Shown here: positions 34,701 through 36,387 of the stretch, piece by piece
Position numbering within the stretch: position 1 is the stretch's first letter
Layout of the letters: each line of letters begins with the position of its first letter
Source: Acidobacteriota bacterium
Lineage (GTDB): Bacteria > Acidobacteriota > UBA6911 > RPQK01
DNA: 36,387 nucleotides
NCBI GenBank assembly: GCA_003819755.1
Contig: RPQK01000002.1
Coordinates: 1-36,387, forward strand
Direction: 5' to 3'
Made by a program: the position numbers and the translations under genes
The notes under the pieces: generated by a model
Told to the model about the DNA's origin: nothing
What the model saw: only the letters and a program-made list of their open reading frames with translations
Databases searched by the model: none

Positions 34701-35168
34701 CTAGCCACCCTCTTCAATCTTCCTGAAACCTCGCTCAAGGCCGGTTCCCTCGAAGTGGTTGCTGACGGCTCCGGGGTCCTGGGTGACATTCTCGTCTATG
34801 ACCGCTCCACGAAGTATGCGAGCAGCCTTCCGCTGACGGACCGGCAACTCCGAAGCGCTGTCTTTGGATATGTCGCCAATGGCGGGAACCTGTATACCGG
34901 GCTCGCGCTGTTCAACGCCACGGCCGGCAGTGTCGAAGCAGCGGTAGAGGTGCTTTCGTCCGACGGTCAGTCACAAGGCAAGACCACGATCCAGCTGGAT
35001 TCGGGGCGGAGGATCGCGAAGCTCTTGACGGAGCTCCTGCCTCAGACGACTGGTCAGAATACGGGGTACGTCCGACTGACTTCATCGAAACCCGTTGTAG
35101 CCGCCGAGTTTTTCGGTGATTTCAGTCTGGAATTTCTGTCAGTTGTGCCGCCGGTAATCCTCGAGTGA
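31713..35168 (+). CDS. Secreted leucine-rich-repeat protein (1151 aa) with an FN3-like domain and four C-terminal beta-sandwich modules
   Basis: The ATG at 31713 is preceded by GGGAGG. Hydrophobic N-terminus SFSFILCSLPFLLGFISELYG, and a plant-type LRR cap ERQALIALYNSTDGPHWTYHTNWL. There are about 25 LRRs (LxxLxxLxLxxNxLxxLP, then LSGxIPxELGNL types). The FN3-like segment is VTLTWSPIPYSGDSGGYQILCSK...TGTTYYFTART. Confidence 0.85.
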   Translation: MSQVFSVACRSSFSFILCSLPFLLGFISELYGQSAIPEQERQALIALYNSTDGPHWTYHTNWLGPAGTEGTWGGVKVENGHVVELSLPTLNLVGAVPPEIGNLTYLRNLNLAGIDLSGWFPGLPNRISSIPPEIGQLHQLKKLYLAGDGITVLPTEIGGLASLETLHIAYNQLTALPAAVGQLGQLKALHADNNQLETLPPETGSLLLLETLTLGRNKLTTLPPQIGNLQSLTDLELQDNPLQSLPPQLNNLLNLQTLILAPPDGTGLPSSLGHLKNLPHLIIGGGRVTELPEDIGEMTNLRILDAHSNQLSSLPPSFTGLQQLEDLRLGNNAFAQIPVAIMSLSSLVKLDLSGNPLAGPLPPQLGNLRKLKALYLVSKTLSGEIPPELGNMESLEGLTLSGEFTGTIPTELGRLSQLKSLSLKGQFTGSIPSSLADLSELTTLDIDGHLTGPFPKEATGLKKLVNLILSGNHLSGHLPPEIGQMTSLGSLDLAGNQFDGQLPPELGNTRLSSLNLSENRFSGEIPKQLGSLYVTQLDLSHNQLEGRIPPELAQSHGNDWSIWNLSANRLTGPIPPEFAKLESYMFRMDLKWNALIADHPDIFKLIGSRHLGEFEGTQSHSPFLLGVVGVSGNSVTLTWSPIPYSGDSGGYQILCSKTPGGPYTVAAMTPDKTANLFRVTGLETGTTYYFTARTVTYAHPDNENIVIGEPSTEVSATTSASAEVFFPLSPQTGQFRSFAVSNFGNTGMDVEFRARAASGALSPLPGNPASFKVTPRGQVAQLNSEIFKTGDAVNDWVGVSANQSLVTLAMIGGSGALDGISGLTDPQKTLYFPRIYQGASGFKGEGADTRLILANPSDSPARIRLTSKGESQASVEVAVAARGFLSASLPELFPTAPSGANYLLVDVVEGDGIVGCAQVTLGGGKGLFVSPGLPVSGSDRTYAAQVGCGSGLATSLRLINADTVSRKVQVRLIGDDGRVSVTPEQVLLPGQLKDDDLATLFNLPETSLKAGSLEVVADGSGVLGDILVYDRSTKYASSLPLTDRQLRSAVFGYVANGGNLYTGLALFNATAGSVEAAVEVLSSDGQSQGKTTIQLDSGRRIAKLLTELLPQTTGQNTGYVRLTSSKPVVAAEFFGDFSLEFLSVVPPVILE

Positions 35169-35186
35169 CTTTTTTCGGGTTTTAGT

Positions 35187-35244
35187 TAGGTTTCGCCCCG
35201 CCGGCCTTTCGCTTTCAGCTTGAAGGCCGCGGGGGCGAAACCTA
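35187..35244 (+). terminator. Strong hairpin after the LRR gene (possible terminator, no U-tract)
   Basis: The 22-nt arms TAGGTTTCGCCCCGCCGGCCTT / AAGGCCGCGGGGGCGAAACCTA have 2 central mismatches and a 14-nt loop. It starts 19 nt after the stop and is followed by GAAAAAG, not a T-run. Confidence 0.35.
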
Positions 35245-35470
35245 GAAAAAGATGCCTTCTCAAAGGCGGTGCCACGTTTTGCCGCAAAGTGCGCGACAAG
35301 CGCTTTTAAGCTTTTTGCTTGGCGCGGCGCCGTAGGCGCGAACACTTTGCCGGCACCGCCGGGTGATCATTCCTTAAGTAATCGCGGAGTGTGAGGAGCG
35401 AGGAGCGGTGTGCCGCAGTTTGGCACACGTGGCCGCCAGGTCGGGCCGGTGAATGCCGCAGCGGAAGACC

Positions 35471-35793
35471 GGCGCTTTTGAGGTCCTCGACTTTGAGTCT
35501 GGTTCCCCGTTCGACTCGTGGAAGGACTGCGTGGTCCGTCAGGAGGCCGGCGAGCTGCTGGCCAAGCTCGTCATCGTTGACACCCTTCCGGCGGGTTGCA
35601 CCTGTATTACCGCGCCGACGGCGTAGCCGGCAACCAACGGCTGGCGTTCAGGAGAGCGAGCGAGGACGCCGCCAAGGTGCTGATCGAAACGCGGGGTGAA
35701 GGCGGTTACGTCATTGCCCCAGGATCGCCGCCTGCCTGCCACCCGAGCGGAAAGTCTTACCAGCTGCGTCAGGGCAGCTTTGATGCTATTCCC
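35471..35793 (+). pseudogene. Prim-Pol (bifunctional DNA primase/polymerase N-terminal domain) remnant
   Basis: GAFEVLDFESGSPFDSW...LVIVDT in one frame, then PSGGLHLYYRADG...ETRGEGGYVIAPGSPPACHPSGKSYQL in the next. Both motifs are typical of Prim-Pol. There is no start codon and the C-terminal part is missing. Confidence 0.6.
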
Positions 35794-35837
35794 CGGGGTG
35801 CCGGCGGGAGGAAGCTCTCTCGCTCAAGTGGGGACAG

Positions 35838-36084
35838 GTGCAGGAACCAGCCAGGCTCGTCGTATTCACCGAAGACACGAAGTCGCGGAAATACCGGTAC
35901 GTGCCGCTCACCGATGCGGCGATCGCCGCGATTCATGAACTGCCGCCTCTGGAAGAGTGTCCGTACGTGTTCTACGACCCGGCCACGGGGAAACGCCCAT
36001 TACGCACAGTTCTCTCCGCGGCATTCGGCCCGCAAGATCCTCTACGTGCTCGAGGGGAAGGCGAGCCAGGCGAAAACTGCGTGA
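35838..36084 (+). pseudogene. Tyrosine recombinase (integrase) remnant
   Basis: TEDTKSRKYRYVPLTDAAIAAIHELPPLEECPYVFYDPATGKRP matches the region after integrase box I. A shifted frame gives HYAQFSPRHSARKILYVLEG, which resembles the catalytic-Tyr end RYAHLSPEHL. The HxxR segment between them is missing. Confidence 0.6.
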
Positions 36085-36094
36085 GCGGAAACAA

Positions 36095-36182
36095 AACGGA
36101 AACATGCTCGCGCGGGAATCGTGAAGCGGAAAGAACGGGAAGCGAGCCTGCCTGCTGGAACTAGTGATCTGCGAGGGTTTCG
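36095..36182. repeat. Conserved island arm next to the tRNA-Ser 3' end (partner 28662-28751)
   Basis: See 28662-28751. Confidence 0.85.
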
Positions 36183-36272
36183 TGGCGGAGGAGGTAGGAT
36201 TCGAACCCACGGTACCCTTCCGGGTACAGCGGTTTTCAAGACCGCCGCCTTAAACCACTCGGCCACTCCTCC
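36183..36272 (-). tRNA. tRNA-Ser (anticodon UGA), CCA encoded
   Basis: The reverse complement reads GGAGGAGTGGCCGAGTGGTTTAAGGCGGCGGTCTTGAAAACCGCTGTACCCGGAAGGGTACCGTGGGTTCGAATCCTACCTCCTCCGCCA. It has a 7-bp acceptor stem, anticodon loop CTTGAAA, a long variable arm and a TTCGAAT T-loop. Confidence 0.95.
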
Positions 36273-36387
36273 GCTGTCGGCTAATATACTCTACAATATC
36301 CCGCGGAAAAACGCGGAGACAAAAAGCCGGCGGAAGAGTGTAAAAGAATGCGAGGGAGTTGTTTATGGGGAGACTCGAGGAGTTTGA

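Larger units (their letters stand above)
28752..36240. mobile_element. Integrative island B (decayed), between att copy 2 and the intact tRNA-Ser
   Basis: Direct 58-nt repeats lie at both ends. Prim-Pol and tyrosine-integrase remnants lie next to the tRNA. Arms and internal blocks are homologous to island A. Confidence 0.8.

Noticed and set aside
35265-35360. Imperfect inverted repeat GGCGGTGCC...GCAAAGTG / CACTTTGC.GGCACCGCC
   Set aside because: The stems are short and interrupted by a 9-nt insertion. This is not distinctive enough to call a feature.

Overview
GC-rich bacterial chromosomal segment. An ADOP-type duplicated orphan permease suggests Acidobacteriota, but this is inference only.

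Positions 1-22.6 kb look intact:
- sdhCAB on the minus strand.
- A six-gene putative trans-envelope ABC export cluster: CBM9/DUF5916 outer-membrane protein, LolA-like periplasmic protein, two FtsX/MacB-type permeases, an ABC ATPase and a porin-like barrel.
- An esterase-TonB_C fusion, an RRM RNA-binding protein, a GT-C-like membrane protein, a MOSC protein, a small OM barrel, an 806-aa ADOP permease and a 948-aa BNR/DUF11/LamG secreted protein.

Four gene 3' ends in this part carry arrays of 7-9 nt tandem repeats. Three of them fold into two complementary arms, and the fourth is cut by the window edge. A 70-bp near-perfect inverted repeat family sits upstream of the ADOP gene.

Positions 23.4-36.3 kb are two tandem, decayed integrative islands in tRNA-Ser(UGA). 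Three direct copies of the 58-nt tRNA 3' half delimit them. Cargo is four toxin-antitoxin modules (one with a dead toxin), a 1151-aa LRR/FN3 protein, shared non-coding blocks, and frameshifted remnants of Prim-Pol, an integrase and a beta-sandwich protein.

Just outside the islands lies an orphan NHLP-type RiPP precursor whose leader homology is split across two reading frames.

All functional calls rest on motif and family recognition by eye. No searches were run.
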